This document shows, piece by piece, positions 29,958-42,900 of a stretch of DNA of 64,000 nucleotides. Positions within the stretch are counted from its first letter, which is position 1; each line of letters starts with the position of its first letter. The stretch comes from Raillietiella orientalis (Eukaryota), in the NCBI GenBank assembly GCA_036172245.1, contig JAYWIR010000001.1, positions 620,001-684,000 on the forward strand. The letters run 5' to 3'. The position numbers and the translations under genes are program-made. The notes under the pieces are model-generated. The model did no database searches. It was not told the origin of the DNA and worked only from the letters and a program-made list of their open reading frames with translations.

Positions 29958-30867
29958 CTCAGTCCTTGCTCTTGACTTGGTCGTCTAGGCGAATTTTAGG
30001 AGCAGTCAAAAGCACAAGCTTTCACGGAGTTCCTGGTCACCGCTCCAGCGATGCTGACCGGCGCAAGGACTCCTTAGCTGCGAGCAGATACGCCAGCCTG
30101 GGGCTCTTCGGAAGAGGGACACTGGTTTGCATCCAGTGGGGTCAGGAAGAAACGAATAAGAGTCTCAGTGTTCTCTCGCATCTCTGGCCACTTATTGTGC
30201 TCATGGTCAGATTGGCCACGGTCCCCATGGTAGGCGGTTTCTCAGGGCTGCACGGAAATACCGGGGCGCATCTCCTCCTCCTCCTTCCTTCCTTCTATTT
30301 CTCTTCTCTTCCCTTCCTCCTCCTCTTCCCCCTGCTCGATGGCCGTGAACATTCAGGACCCTCTTGCAAGACTGGGGCCTGCTAGGTCGTTCAGCAGGAG
30401 AGCATTCCATCCCCAAGTCTCCGCCAGGTGGCGAGCCGGTGCAGCTCACGCTGTGACCTCGTGTGTCCTAGGGAGGGTCGTTGCCTAGAAGTGGGTGAGG
30501 TGACTTGGCGCATCCCTTCCCGAGAGGACCGGGAGACGGGAGGAAGCAGGCGCCCAGGAAGGGAAGGGCTGAAGGATAGCAGGCTCGAGGCGCTCGCATC
30601 TAAGGGCACTCCCTACTGCCCCTGCTTGTCTGCGTCCGCCTTCCCGCTCGCAGCGCCATTCTCGGGCCGGGATGGCCCTTCCGCGTGTACCGGATTAAGA
30701 GGCCTGGATTGGGAATGGGAGGCAAGAGTCCCGCGGACGTCACCGACTGATCCCCCTGTGAGTCGTGACATCACGGCGGTTATCCGCCGTGCCGAGCCGA
30801 AAGGCGAGCGCCCGGTGCGACGCGTGCATTGAATTTGTCTCCCGGAGCCTGCGCGCCTCCAGCAGCA

Positions 30868-31017
30868 CTCGCCTTTCAATGGGGAGAGGACGGACCCTTG
30901 TGCGACGCCCAGGGAAGTGCAGAAAGACGTACTGAAGCCGCCGGTCTTTGAAACATAAGCAGAGGACCCTGGTGGAGGGGACTTTTTGGGTATGGTACCC
31001 ATTTCCTTGGCTATCAC
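30868..31017 (-). mobile_element. Decayed non-LTR reverse transcriptase fragment
   Basis: Minus-strand ..GGFSTSFCTSLGVAQGSVLSPL matches the non-LTR RT motif GVxQGSVLSPL. Confidence 0.6.
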
Positions 31018-31432
31018 CGGGCGTGTCCACGATCCATGCCGCGTTCCGGAGATCAGCGAGGCCCCTTGCGAGCCTTTCGTGCCTGTGCAGGATTCACTCC
31101 GTTTCCAAGGCGACTCGCCCCAGACAGGATGTGCTCATTCCAAAGTTCCAGACGTGTCCTCCCTCGCCCCTATTTGCGTCCGTCGCAACGGACGGGCGCT
31201 CCTGCCGAGAGAGAAGATCGCTACGCAGAATCCCGTTTCTTCGAGTCTCCTTGCAACGGGCTGCCCAGGCAACGCTCACCCCGAAGAGACCGCCTGCCGA
31301 TGAGAAACAAACGAGGAGGAACAGGAATGGGGGGGAGGGAGAAAGAAGAATCCCAAGGCACCCCTGTGAGCAGGGAACCCCTCCTACGCGGTTGGCGAAG
31401 GAGCTGCAGATGAGAGGGAGGAAGGGAGGATC

Positions 31433-31645
31433 TTCCTGGCGAGAGCTCTCCCGGTCCCTTTCACACGGCGCTCCCGCGGGGCGTTCCTCTTCAGTGCCGG
31501 CGTCCCTTTTGCTGCCCGGCTCTGCGGTCGCCTCGAGCTGCTTCTCCACCCGAGGGAAGGTGAGAAAAATGCCCAAAGCCCCCCGTCTCCCTCTCCATTC
31601 CCCGGGAACGCGAGTGAGTCCCGATGTTCTCTTCTGATACGGGAG
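31433..31645. repeat. Direct repeat Y, copy 1
   Basis: TTCCTGGCGAGAGCTCTCCCGGTCCCTT..TTCTGATACGGGAG recurs at 32963-33173 with scattered substitutions. Confidence 0.9.
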
Positions 31646-32962
31646 AAGATGAGAGAGAGAGGGAGGTGGGGACCGATCGGCTCGCCTTGCCCCTTCTCCT
31701 ATCGGGAGGGAAGGGAAGGGAAAGGGAGGGAGAGTTGACACCAAGATCCACGGGAATTCCCGCTAGGAGTGATTCCCGGTGGAGGATGAAGGACGCGGAG
31801 GGACTCCCAGACCCGCTGCGGGAAACCCGGAAGACAAGAATGGGACTCTTCCTGGGAGAGATCACGAGCGTTCCATCCCCACGAGCGGGAAGGGACGGGA
31901 CCTTTCGAATGGACCATCGCAGCCCCAGGAAGCGGGGTCGAGGTGGCAGCGGTCGGATGCCGCCGCCGGAGACTCAGGAAAGGCGGAGTGGTGATGATGA
32001 GGGGCATGGTGGTCCCTGGGGTCGCAGGGAGATCGGGCCCGTCTCATACGCGTTGGCGGCTCCTTCTCTGCGCCGAACGGAGGGGCAGGGAGCCTTCTAG
32101 CCTCCTGAGTCACTGGAGGTGGCTTTGGTGCGAACACTCCGCCCGGAAGGCCCGCGGCGAAGGGCCAGGGACGCGGTAGCTGTGTGATCCCGCTGACAGA
32201 TGTGGGCGTCGCTGTCCGGCTGCCCTTCGGACTGCATAGCCGTCGCTGCGGACTCCGCTCCTTTGGGTCATCTCCTGTCCTCCGCGATGAGGTGGTCTCC
32301 GTGATTTCGGCTGCAGAGCGAGTGGGAAGCGCAGCGGGGCGCAGCGTGTCCGGGATGCCGCTCGCAGCGCCTCCTCCCTTCGAGGCGCGCGTTGATTGGT
32401 CGGTGGCCTTTCGCTGGGTGTAAAGTTCGAACTGTTTCCGAGGAGGGGCTGCGCTCCCGCCGGTCCTCTCTCCCCTCCTTCGCCTCTCCTCCCCCTATCC
32501 TGCTTCCTCATGGACCGCTGCTGCCGGGCACCCGGTCGGCGCAGATCCATTCCTGTTTTCCTCCATCAAGAGAGTCCAGAGGTCTTTTGCTGAGACGCTG
32601 ATCAACGGGACGGAACGCTCCTTCCCTCAGCATCACATTTCACCGGAACCTGCCTTCGGGAATCTGCACCCGTGGACCACTCGAGTCTCTGAGTCCGCTG
32701 AGCTTCCTGTTTTGCGGCCTTTGCCATCTCCTAACGAGGTAGTCTCCCTTGACCTGCCCCGGAAAGACATCCCTGGTCCCGACAGTCCCGCTCCCCGTTC
32801 CCGGAAGCGTTGGGGAATGTCCCCCCTCCAGCGGTCCACGGACCTCCCAGCTTCCGGCCGCTCTCTCCTTGCTCAATGTCACCGCGACCTTCACGAGGCC
32901 TCAAGGTCGTGCATCTGCGCTGCGGCGGGCTGAGATCTTCCGGAAGATCCAGGCTGCGTTTA

Positions 32963-33173
32963 TTCCTGGCGAGAGCTCTCCCGGTCCCTTACACACGGCG
33001 CTCCTGCGGGGCGTTCCGCTTCAGTGCCGGCGTCCCTTCTGCTGCCCGGCTCTGCGGTCGCCTCGAGCTGCTTCTCCACCTGAGGGAAGGTGAGAAAAAC
33101 GCCCAAAGCACCGTCTCCCTCCCCCCTCCCCGGGAACGCGAGTGAGTCCCGATGCTCTCTTCTGATACGGGAG
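32963..33173. repeat. Direct repeat Y, copy 2
   Basis: Aligns with 31433-31645. Confidence 0.9.
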
Positions 33174-33455
33174 CTCTCGGTTTTCCGGGAGCGAAGACGC
33201 ACCCCGCAGGTCTCTGGGGCCAAGGGAAGGATTCAAGAGCGTCCTGTCCCCGGGATAGGAGGAGGAGGAGAAAGAGGTGGAGGAAGAGAAGAAAGTAAAG
33301 AGGAGGAGGAGGAGGAAGATAAAGAAGGAGAGATGAAACCGTCGGCCTGCCCTTGCCTTGAGACGCCTCCTGCTGGCTGGACCTTCTTGCGTCTGTTTGA
33401 GTCCAGGGTGATCTGGTCCTGAAGAGGAATGGGAGGAGAATGGCGCCGGAGGCAG

Positions 33456-33832
33456 GAAAGGAAGGAGGAAGAAAGGAGTAAATGAGGAAGAAAAGGAGGA
33501 GGAAAAAAAAGGAAGGAGGAAAGAGGAAGAGGAAGAAGGAAAGGAAAAAGTAGGAGGAAAGGAGAAAGGAAGATGCAGGAACAGCGTCCGGAATAAGGAG
33601 ATGCCAATCCTTGAACAACTTGCATCCACTAGGCAACTTGAACTTGAAACTCGTAGCGGAGGAATTGTGGGGCGGCATGTACACCCGTCCACCTCTGCTG
33701 CCGTCAGAGGTGACCCCCTAGTGGTGCCCCAAGTGGGAGGTGGAATGAAGCCATCCATTCCATCCCCCGAGCTGTGAGCAGAGCTGCTCCTCACCGGGTG
33801 GCCGAGCGCAGGGGTCAGATGCGCCTGGTCGT
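33456..33832. repeat. Direct repeat X, copy 2
   Basis: Aligns with 29598-29957; I see one substitution in the non-simple portion. Confidence 0.92.
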
Positions 33833-36800
33833 GCTGAGACACGTCCAGCTGGAGCCATCATTGCCGTGCAACCGCATCTGACATCTTCGAAGTTTCCAGA
33901 ACTTGTCCCTCCATCTCAGAAGAGTTGATGTGACCGTCCGGAGGCCTTCCTCGGTTCTCGCTGGCTTTAAGCTGCAAAGTGGTGATTTCAACCACACGGA
34001 AACGCTCAGTCTTCTTCGCCTCCCGCGGCATCCCAGAGACCCTGGCCGTCGCCGAGGGCACCCACCCCTCCCCACGAGTCCAGAGGCTTGCCAGATGGAG
34101 AGAGCTGGGCAGATGCTGCATTTCCGCCGGAGTTCACTGGCTCGGGCGCGTTTCGGGCCAAGGGAGGATCCCGGAAGGCGGAAAGGGAAAGCCTTCCCCT
34201 TTCCGCCTTCCGGGAGGAACGGAGGAGGAAGACTTTCCGTTTCCGTCCCGTCGCTCAGCTCGGCGAGTAATCCCGTCCGCGGGAGAGGGGCGAGAAGTTG
34301 CCGGAGGGCGTTCCTCAGTTCTCCGCTCTGCTTGGGTGGGCAGCAGCGTTGTCGTTTTCGAGGACATGGTGGGAACCCGGGCAGGCACCGAAAGGCACAG
34401 AAGGACGAGCCTTCCCCCGGCCCGATGAATCCAGGCTGCGCCACGAGTCTGCTGGCATCACTGACGTGGCCCATCTCCGCTCTCATCCTGGACGGACCAG
34501 CTGGCACCCCTGCTTTTCCTGCTCGTGCGGGCCCCACCCTTTGCTGTCGGTTCCGATGGAGACGGGAAGAAGGGCCGCGTTTTCCGCTGCGCCTACACAC
34601 AACCCACGATCAACAACCAGGAAACTGTCCGGGAACGTGGTCCTCGAAGGACTTCCCGACCTCACAGGAGCGGCTCATCGTGCCCAAGCGACGGTACTCT
34701 TCTGGGACTCCCGCTGGAGGGCTCCCTCGTTCGGTCTATCTGCGCCCTAATCCCCCTCCTCCTCCTTCCAGAGCGCGCCTCAGATCCTGGACCCTGGACG
34801 GACGGACTCCTGCAGGACCTGGAGCCCTTCCGCGGCTATAAATGATCTTCTGGGCAAGAGGACAGGCTGTGGGCGCTCCCGGAGCACTTCCGTGCGCAAT
34901 TGAGGCGGCGCCGAAGAGACACGACGGACACGGGGGGGAAGAGCAGCCTTGCTCCGGGAACAGCACCCTCTGGAGCTTCCGTTCAGGGGTACTGGATGGC
35001 AAGAAAAATCGAGGGAAAATCTGGGCGAAGGGAGCCCAGGGTTCGCCCTATCGCGAGCGGCAGCGAGCAGCATGCGTTACCCTGCGCTCCTTCCGCTCCT
35101 TCCTCCTCTTCCCGTCCACCCCTCAATAGAAAGAAAAAAGGAAGAAAGTCGCCTTCGCGAGATTCCATGCCTCCTCGGCTCGTCTTGCATCAACCTCGCG
35201 GCGCCATGGCAACAGGAGGACCCCGAAGAGCATCGAGGACCCCCGAGGAGTGTCTTGTTCAAGGATGAGGAGGAGGGACCACCTGCGAGTCCGAGAGGGG
35301 AAGAGAGGAAAGCGGCTTCCGACATTGCCAGCGTTTGCGCGGGGTGGTCCAGGGAACGCGGCGGTACCGACCGGGCAGGAGCGCTCTTGCCAGTTGGCTG
35401 GGCGCAGGTGAGAACGGAAGCGAAGAGTCCGCGCGCGCGACCACCTGCGCGAGCAGCCGCGCAGATGTCCGCGACGGAATTCTTTCTTCCGCTATCCCCT
35501 TCCCCACAACCCGCGATCCAAAATCGCTGCTCTTCCTGGAATGGGTTTTCCGCGAAGCTCTTGCCCGACCGGTGACCAATCGATCCGGATGCGCTTCCCT
35601 GACACTTCCACTCCTGACGATAGCACCGATAGGCGAGGAAAATGAAGAAGAAAGGGAAGAGAGGTGGAGGGAGGGAGGGAGGGAGGAGGAGGAAGAGGAA
35701 AAAGGTGCTGAGGAGGGGGAAAGTAGTGCTCTTCCTTCCCCATCTCTCCCTCTCCTTGGACAGGTGGGCAGGAGTGGACAGAGGGACTTCCGGAACGGTG
35801 GCATTGCGAATCGCAGTCGTGGAATTCCCCGTTAGATGGGTCTGCCGCTTTGTCCGCTAGCCACCTTACCCGACCTGCTCTTTCCGTTTCGTTCCTCCTC
35901 CTCCCTTCTCGCTTCGTAAGGAAGAAAAGAAAAGAAAAAAGGGAGAGGGGGCAAGACGCGCAAGTTCAGGAGGATCACCCTGGAGACTCGTTCGGGACCC
36001 AAACACTTACGAAGGAGGGACCGAGTGCGCATCCGGAAAGATCAGGCATCTCCCGGGAAACGAACGAAAAGGATAGTTCCAGCCTCTCCCTCCTCCCTCG
36101 TTCTCTTCTTTCTCTTCCCCCCTGCATCGAATCCGGGATGAAATTAGATCAGGAAGAGGCATCCAAAACTCGAGTTCCCTGGGAGAGTGGCGGCCTCCCT
36201 GAATCCAATTCTGGGCGTCGGGTATCGCGAGGTGGCGGTATCAGACAAGCCGCTCCCTTTTGACAGCTCCTGGGAGGGAAAGCAGCAACCCTTCTCCCCC
36301 GATTCCCGATGAATCGGACTCCGATTTCTTCTTCTTTCCTCCCTCTTCCCGCATCCGCTCTCTGCCCTTTTGTTCCCCGGGGAAGGGCTGGGGAGATTCC
36401 GGCTCTCGGCATCCCACAGGACGGGTCTGCCAAGAGAGCAGGCGGCGGCGCTGGGTGCGTCGCGTCCCCGGGGGTTTCCTTCCTCCACCATCTTTGCTGA
36501 CTTCAGGAGCACGCTCGGGACTGGCAGAGGAGAGCAGGAGGACCTCTTTTTCCTAGGGGAGGAGCATCGAAATCGCGCCGGGTGGCCTCTGACGCCAGCA
36601 TTCCAATCCCCTAGCTCTGGAAGGGAACTACAGAAACGCTCCCGGCATCCGGCGGGTCGAGCCATCCACCTCCGGACCATCCACCCCTCGCTGGAGGGCA
36701 TTGGAGGAAGGGAAGATCGCCCATCCCTCCCCTTCCGGATACCGCTCCGAACGCGAGAGCTGTGCAGCAGACTAGGTGACATTTTGGACCAGGGGTCCTC

Positions 36801-37831
36801 CCTCCGCTGTTGTCTCCAGAGCGCAGCGGGAAAGGGCGGCCGAGACCTGGGAGGATGAAAGAGCGGCACGGGAATCAGCTGCGAGGAGAAAGGGGGGGAT
36901 TCGAGGGAGGGCAGGGAGAAACCGCCCTTCTCCCTCGCGTCACGGTTGGGATGAATCTTTTTGGATCCCCCCCTCCTCCTTCCCCGCCAGTCTCGGCCGC
37001 TCTCCCGCCCACGTCGAGCGCCCCTCCTGGGACGCCGGATACAGGCAGCGGGGCGGCATCCATGGAATGGCTTGAAGCGGACCTCGTCCCCTCCACTTCC
37101 TCGCCTGTCGGCGCTGACGTCAGAGGAGGAGTGGGAGGAAGCTTCGGGAAAGCGAGTTCGAGTCCAGCGGAAGCGGAAGTGGGGTTCGTCCCCTCCTCCT
37201 TCCCGCTTTCCCTTTTAGGAAGTGGATCGCATGCTGGCTCTGGCCGGCTGCGGCGCTCCGGAAACAGGCAGCGGGGAAGGCCTGGCCTCGCAGGAAGAAG
37301 CTCTTCCTCGCGTGGGAAGGCAGGGAAGAGGAGAGAATCTTCGCAGCCTCCCAGTGCAGTGGTGGGGCAGTAGCAGCAAACCTGGCCACATGGGGAGGCG
37401 AGCCATGTGGGCTCCCGTAGTACACGCAGTGGCTCCTTGGACGTGCCTTCCACCATCGCCTCCCCCTCCTCCTCCTTCACGAAGGAAACGCACTGCTCCG
37501 AACGCCAATCCCGGGAGAAGTCCTGTGCAACGAGTTCGTCCCGCAGAAGCCGCGCTCCCCCGAGAGGTGACGGCACGAAGATGACCTCCAACCTCCGGTG
37601 AAGAGAACCGCATTAGCCGTGGGGCCGCAGCAGTGAAAGGAACACTCCTTGTCATCGTTTCCCGCTCCTCAGAACAGGAAGGAGGGGGGGAGAGCTGAGA
37701 AGATGAAGCACTGACTTTGCACTGCGCGCATTCGCCGAAGAAAAGGAGGCCGCGGAAATCGAGTGCATCCTGGACTTCCCCTCTCGTCGACTGTCTCTCC
37801 GTTGCGACAAGGCAACACGCGCCACAAAGGG

Positions 37832-37981
37832 GAAGGTCACGTGCCAGAAGGGAACACTTGCAAAGTGGATGAAGGACACGTCTTAGAAGGAAGCGAGAGA
37901 AAGGAGGAGGAAGGGCGCATGCCAAAAGGGAACACGTACAAGGAAGAGGAAGAAGGACACGTGCCAGAAGGGAACACGTAA
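37832..37981 (+). repeat. 39/39/42-bp minisatellite, about 4 units
   Basis: Units start at 37832, 37871, 37910 and 37952; consensus GAAGGNCACGTGCCAGAAGGGAACAC.. Confidence 0.85.
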
Positions 37982-39842
37982 AAAATTAGCGCTCACGCAG
38001 GGGTGCTTAGTCCATCTCCCCAGCGCCTAACTGCCTCAAAATGGATGCCTGGAAAAAGGGCAGACTGTTCGGGCATGACGAGGAATCCGGCAGTTCTTCT
38101 CATTAGTTCTGGATGAAGAATCCCCTTCTGTTGAAGGGGTCTCCATTGGACGCAGCTCTCTCTGCACCACCAGCTTCTGCTGTCGACGTGACAAGGCTGG
38201 AGAAGGGGACCCCGTCCAAGAATCGGTTCTCTCTCTTCAACGCTCCCTTCTGCTTCCCTTATCCTGGAATACTCACTTCCTGCCGGAGGGAACTGGGACG
38301 AAAAAATAGGAAGGGATCTTTCGTGTCCCGCCCCGAGGTCCTCGGTTGGCTAATGATGCTGTCTCTCATCATCCCAAGTCCAAGGAGGAGGAAGAGCCAA
38401 GGAGAGCCAAGAGTCCAAGGAGCCTACGGTCACCTCCCCTCCCTGCTGCCGAAGGGATACATGGAGCTGCCGTTCCCGCCCCAAACGTGGAGTGCGCGAC
38501 TCACGAGCTCCTGGTGGACGTCCCTCGGATCTGTCCAGGAATCGGGAAGGGATGGACGGACGGACCTTGCGCTTCCCGGCTGCCTAGAGGAGTCTCAGCA
38601 GCGGAGGCGGGGGGAATAAAGTTCTGCAGACCCTGGTCAGCACAGAACAGTCTGGCACAAATCGCTCAAGGACAGGAAAGACATCCAAGGGCGTTCCCGT
38701 AGGGCTGCTGGAGACGCCCCGCATGGGTGAAGAGCGAAGGATTGTCGGTCGGCCGAGATCCTCCTGGCGCCTACGAGTGGCGAACCGCGTGGCTCCGGAA
38801 TAGAACAACAGTCCGCGCACGGGGGACTGGATTGCCGCTCTTTTGGAAGCTTCCCGCCTTTCTTCCCTCCTCGAGTCCCTCTGGGAAGCCTTTGCGAGGT
38901 CACAGGGAGTCCACTCAAACGGCGCCAAGAGCAGGCGCATCCTAGTTCGAGGAGTCCAAGAAGGGGGGACCTCGACCTCAAGCAGTATGGGGGCGGCGGA
39001 AGACCTGCAACCCACTTCTCTTAGGGGGCTGGCCCCCCAAAGCATCCACTCAGGTCACGCCTCAAGTCTCGCCCGAGGTCTCTCTCTCGTGAGATATGAC
39101 GGCCGCAGGCATCGCCTCAAGCGGTGCGCCAGCTCCAGGCGTCCTCCTTGCTCTTCCTGGCGGACGAGCCGGTCGTTCCTCAGAGGTGGCTCCCGGCTCC
39201 CCTGTTCCTGACAGAAGGAAAGGGGGTGAGGTAGGGAGGAAAGGCACCTCGCCCGCCGCCACCGCGGCACCTGCAGAGAACTCTGCGAGGGGCGGTCGGT
39301 GAGGGTTGGGCGTGGTGGCCACTCCCGTGCAGCCGAAGAAGGTTCCTTCACAGCATCGTCGTCTCCCTGGAGGTGGTCGCTCCCACCAATCGCTGGTGGA
39401 TCCTCTGCGGGCCCTGCGCTTCCTCTGTGACCCTTCCCCCACCCCCACCCCCACCTTTCCTCCGCAGGTCATCAGCGCGGTCCAACTCCCTCCCGCTCGG
39501 GAAAGGAGAGGATGCGAACGAAGGGGCCGTTCGCTACATCCCTTCCGGTCCCGGGGCCTGCATGCGTTCCGGAACGCCTCCGGAAGCTAGCCGACGTGCG
39601 GGCAGCTCGGGCGACGGGAGGCCCCTCCTGGCCCTGTGAAGGCATCGCAGGTTTCCCATCGGACGAGAGCCTCCTGATCCTTCCCGCCGTTCGCGGACGG
39701 CTTCCAGAATGCACAACGTGGATGCAGCCTCCCGGGCAGATCCGGACGAGCCCTCTCCCTTCCTCCATCCCTTTTTCGCCCTCCCGGAAGGAGAGACTTT
39801 CCAGGAAGAAGCCTCCCCACGTTCGGGAGGAAGCGGCAGGTG

Positions 39843-39848
39843 TTTATT
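39843..39848 (-). terminator. Polyadenylation signal of the KCTD gene
   Basis: TTTATT on + (AATAAA on -), ~150 nt past the stop codon. Confidence 0.65.
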
Positions 39849-39995
39849 AGTCCAGCCCGCCCACCCACCGCCAACCGGCTCGCCGTTTTTTTTTTTTTCT
39901 TTCCTTTTTACTCCCCCTCTTCGCCCTCCTCCTCCTCCTCCTCCTATGTCTCCACCGCCGCCTCCCCGGTCCAGGTCACTCCCGAAGGGGCGAGG

Positions 39996-42900
39996 TCACT
40001 TCCTGACGAAGAGGTACTCGTTGTAGTGGTTCCAGCGTGTCTCCTCGGACTCGACTCCCGGCTTGCACTCCCCGGTGAGCCCCGCAGTCCCGCTTCCACA
40101 GGCGCCCATGCAGGAGAAGCCTGCCCGCAGCAGCATGTCGAAGGCCTGCTCCAGGAAGACATGCTTCAGGAAGAAGCGGCTGGAGTACCTGGAAACCAGG
40201 GATAGATGCAGAGAAACCCCCCGGTCTTCTCCGGACACGCCGGAGTGAAGCCCCTGGAGCCAGCGAAGAGTGCCCCGGGTGCCGGCAGGAGTTGGGTCGG
40301 AGAGCCCGCTATCGACTCGGAGACGCCGCTCCCCCCGGGATGAACCCCCGGGAGAGGAGAGACGGCGACCGGGAGGAGGGGAGGCGGTTGCCAGGCTTTG
40401 CGTTTTGGTTGTTTTACGTTGTCGCACCGACAGACCGTCCCCCGGGATCGAGTGGGACCGACGCCACTGAGATGGGAGGAGGACAAGGAATGAAGGAGGC
40501 GAAAGACGGAGAAAGGGAGGGAGACGAGGAGGATAGGAGGTGGAGGATGAGAAAGAAACTGGAAGATACGAAGAGAAGGAATGGAGAAGGAAGGGAGGAG
40601 GAGGAGAAAGAGGAAGCGAAGGGGAGGAGGAAAAGGAGAAGAGGAAGAGGAAGGAGGTTTCTCTCTTCCAGGAAGGAGATGGAAGCCGGGAGCCTCTCGA
40701 AGCGCCGCCACCGCCCTTTGTTTTCTTCTTCTCCTTCGTTCCCCGCCCCCTTCCACCTCCCTTCCGAGTTGTTTCTCGTGGCAACGGGATGTCGCAGATC
40801 GGAGAAGGGGAGGAGCAAAAGGAAGTTACCGCGCGTTCTCGTGGTAACTTTCTCAGGTCTGCGAACCCGGGATCCGGGAACTCTGCCAGCTGGAGTTGTC
40901 CAAGGATGACCGGCGGAGCGGCGGCTTTGCCTGGGAAACCTCTCCTCGCCAGCGCAGCGGTCGGACACAACTCCTCTTCCCTTGCCTCACTGGAGCGAGA
41001 GCGATTTCCAGGACTCCGCCGTCGACCGGGGGTGCCCTGCGTAAGTCACGTGCCCCCCAAGCATCGCTGCTCTTGGACCATCGGCGTCAGCCCGGACTCT
41101 CCCCTTCCCCGAGAGAAAGGAGGCGAGGGGTCCTGAAGGAGTGAGGGGGAGGAACATTGCCGTCGCCTGAGCGCGCGAGGCTGAGCCCGACGTTCACCCG
41201 GTCTTCCCGCTCCCAGTCTCCCGCGCGCGCCCGCCGGCGAGCCGCAGGGACCGGAGGAAGAATTCCGCTCCGCTCTCCATCCTTTCCCCTTCTGTCTTCC
41301 TCCTCCTCCTCCTCCTCTTACTCCTCCTGAAAGCTGCGGGAAGATCTCGGGAGGAGCTCCTGTTTCTTCCAACAAGAGGGACGCGAGCTCGGGGGAGAAA
41401 AACGGGAAGGCACTCATCTAGGGGCCGCTCCCTTTCCGCCACGTCGTCACGCAGCATCCTTATCGGCAGCTTCCCTCCCACCTCACAGCGAGATTAGAAT
41501 TTCTCTATCGTCAGCCCCCGAGGCGCGATAACGGGAAGCGCCCGGATTCGCCCGCTCCGGCGGCAGGGAAGGAGGGAACGCCACGCCGGGAGCGACGCAG
41601 GAACCTGCGTCGCTCCGCACCCGTGGATAGCCCTCCACTGACTTCCTGCCCCCACCAGATGTCCACGTTCCCTTGCTCCCCTTCCCTTCCTCACCGACCC
41701 AGATGGGGGCCGCTTGCTGCCCGCACAGGACCATCTCTTTTCCTCTTCCCTCCCTCCTCCCCCTGTCCCTCTTGTTTTTTTTCATCCCCCTCCTCCCTTC
41801 CTCTTTCTCTTCCCTTCTTTGTCTTCCTCCTTTCCTTCCTCCTCCTCCACCTCCTCTTTCCTTCCTCCCTGTTTCTACTTCTCCCTTTTTCTTCTCCCCT
41901 TCCTCTTCTTCTCCTTCCTCTTCCTCCTCTTTCTCTTCTTCGTCTTCCTCCTTTCCTTCTATGTCCTCTTCCTCTTCTTTTTTTCATCCTCCTCCTCCCT
42001 TCTTTCCCCCACTTCTTCCTCTTCCTCCTCTTTTGCTTCCCTTTTTCGTCATTCTCCGTTCCTTCTCCTCGCCCACTCCCTCTCTTCCTCCCATTTTCCT
42101 CTTCATTTCCTCCCCCTCCTGAAAACGCAGTTTGAACTCTTGATGTACACCCGTGTATGGTACAAAGCGAGGAATGCCTGTGAATGATGACGTTCCCGCC
42201 GGCGCGGGGGCGTGGCTTTCGGCATACACAGCCACCCGCCGGACCGTTTGTTGCAGGGGGCGTTTGGGTGGGTCCCCCGCCTCTCCCAGGTGGGGAAAGC
42301 GCGGATCGCAAGCACCTGGAAGGCTCTTCCTTCCGCATGACCCACGGCGCCGGCTGGATCGGCGACTCAGCAAGAAAGAAGCTGTCCGTCCGGGAGATGG
42401 TGGCGGCGCCCCGCGGTGCTCGCGGGACCCCGGGGGTATGGCGCACCTTCCACGGCTCCCTCCCCCTTTGCAGGCTGCGGCGCTTCGGCTCGTTCAGGGA
42501 GGGCACATGCATGAGGGGTGCGCCCGAGGGAAGTCCAGCGGACCTCCCTCTGGCTGGATCCCCCCCCCCCGTACCTCCTCTCAAAGGGCGGGAGGTTCCG
42601 GGATTGCCGCCCTCCCTGCCCTCCGCGCCGTCGCCGAGCCAGGATGGAAGACGGGAGCTCCCTCCGGAGGTGGAGAGCGGGGGTCGTGGGGTGACCACGA
42701 GCGACCGGGGAAGGAGGTCAGTGGTCGTCGCCGGTGCCGGGCGGGGACATCGCCGGAAGGGGCGCGCGAGGGTCGCTGCTGTCCCCTAGCCGTGGAGGAT
42801 CGGACTGCGCGGCGCCTTCAGGAGCAGGTCAGGAACTCGGGAGAGCGGGTGACCCCGAGGGAGCGAGCCGGTCGCGGAGGCGGTCGGGCGCAGCTTTCCT

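Noticed and set aside
29598-33832. LTR retrotransposon bounded by the X repeats
   Set aside because: No TG..CA termini, primer-binding site, TSD or gag/pol/integrase remnants; the only RT motif inside is non-LTR type.
37832-37981. CRISPR-like repeat-spacer reading of the 39-bp array
   Set aside because: The units are degenerate tandem copies without unique spacers, the context is eukaryotic and there are no cas genes.
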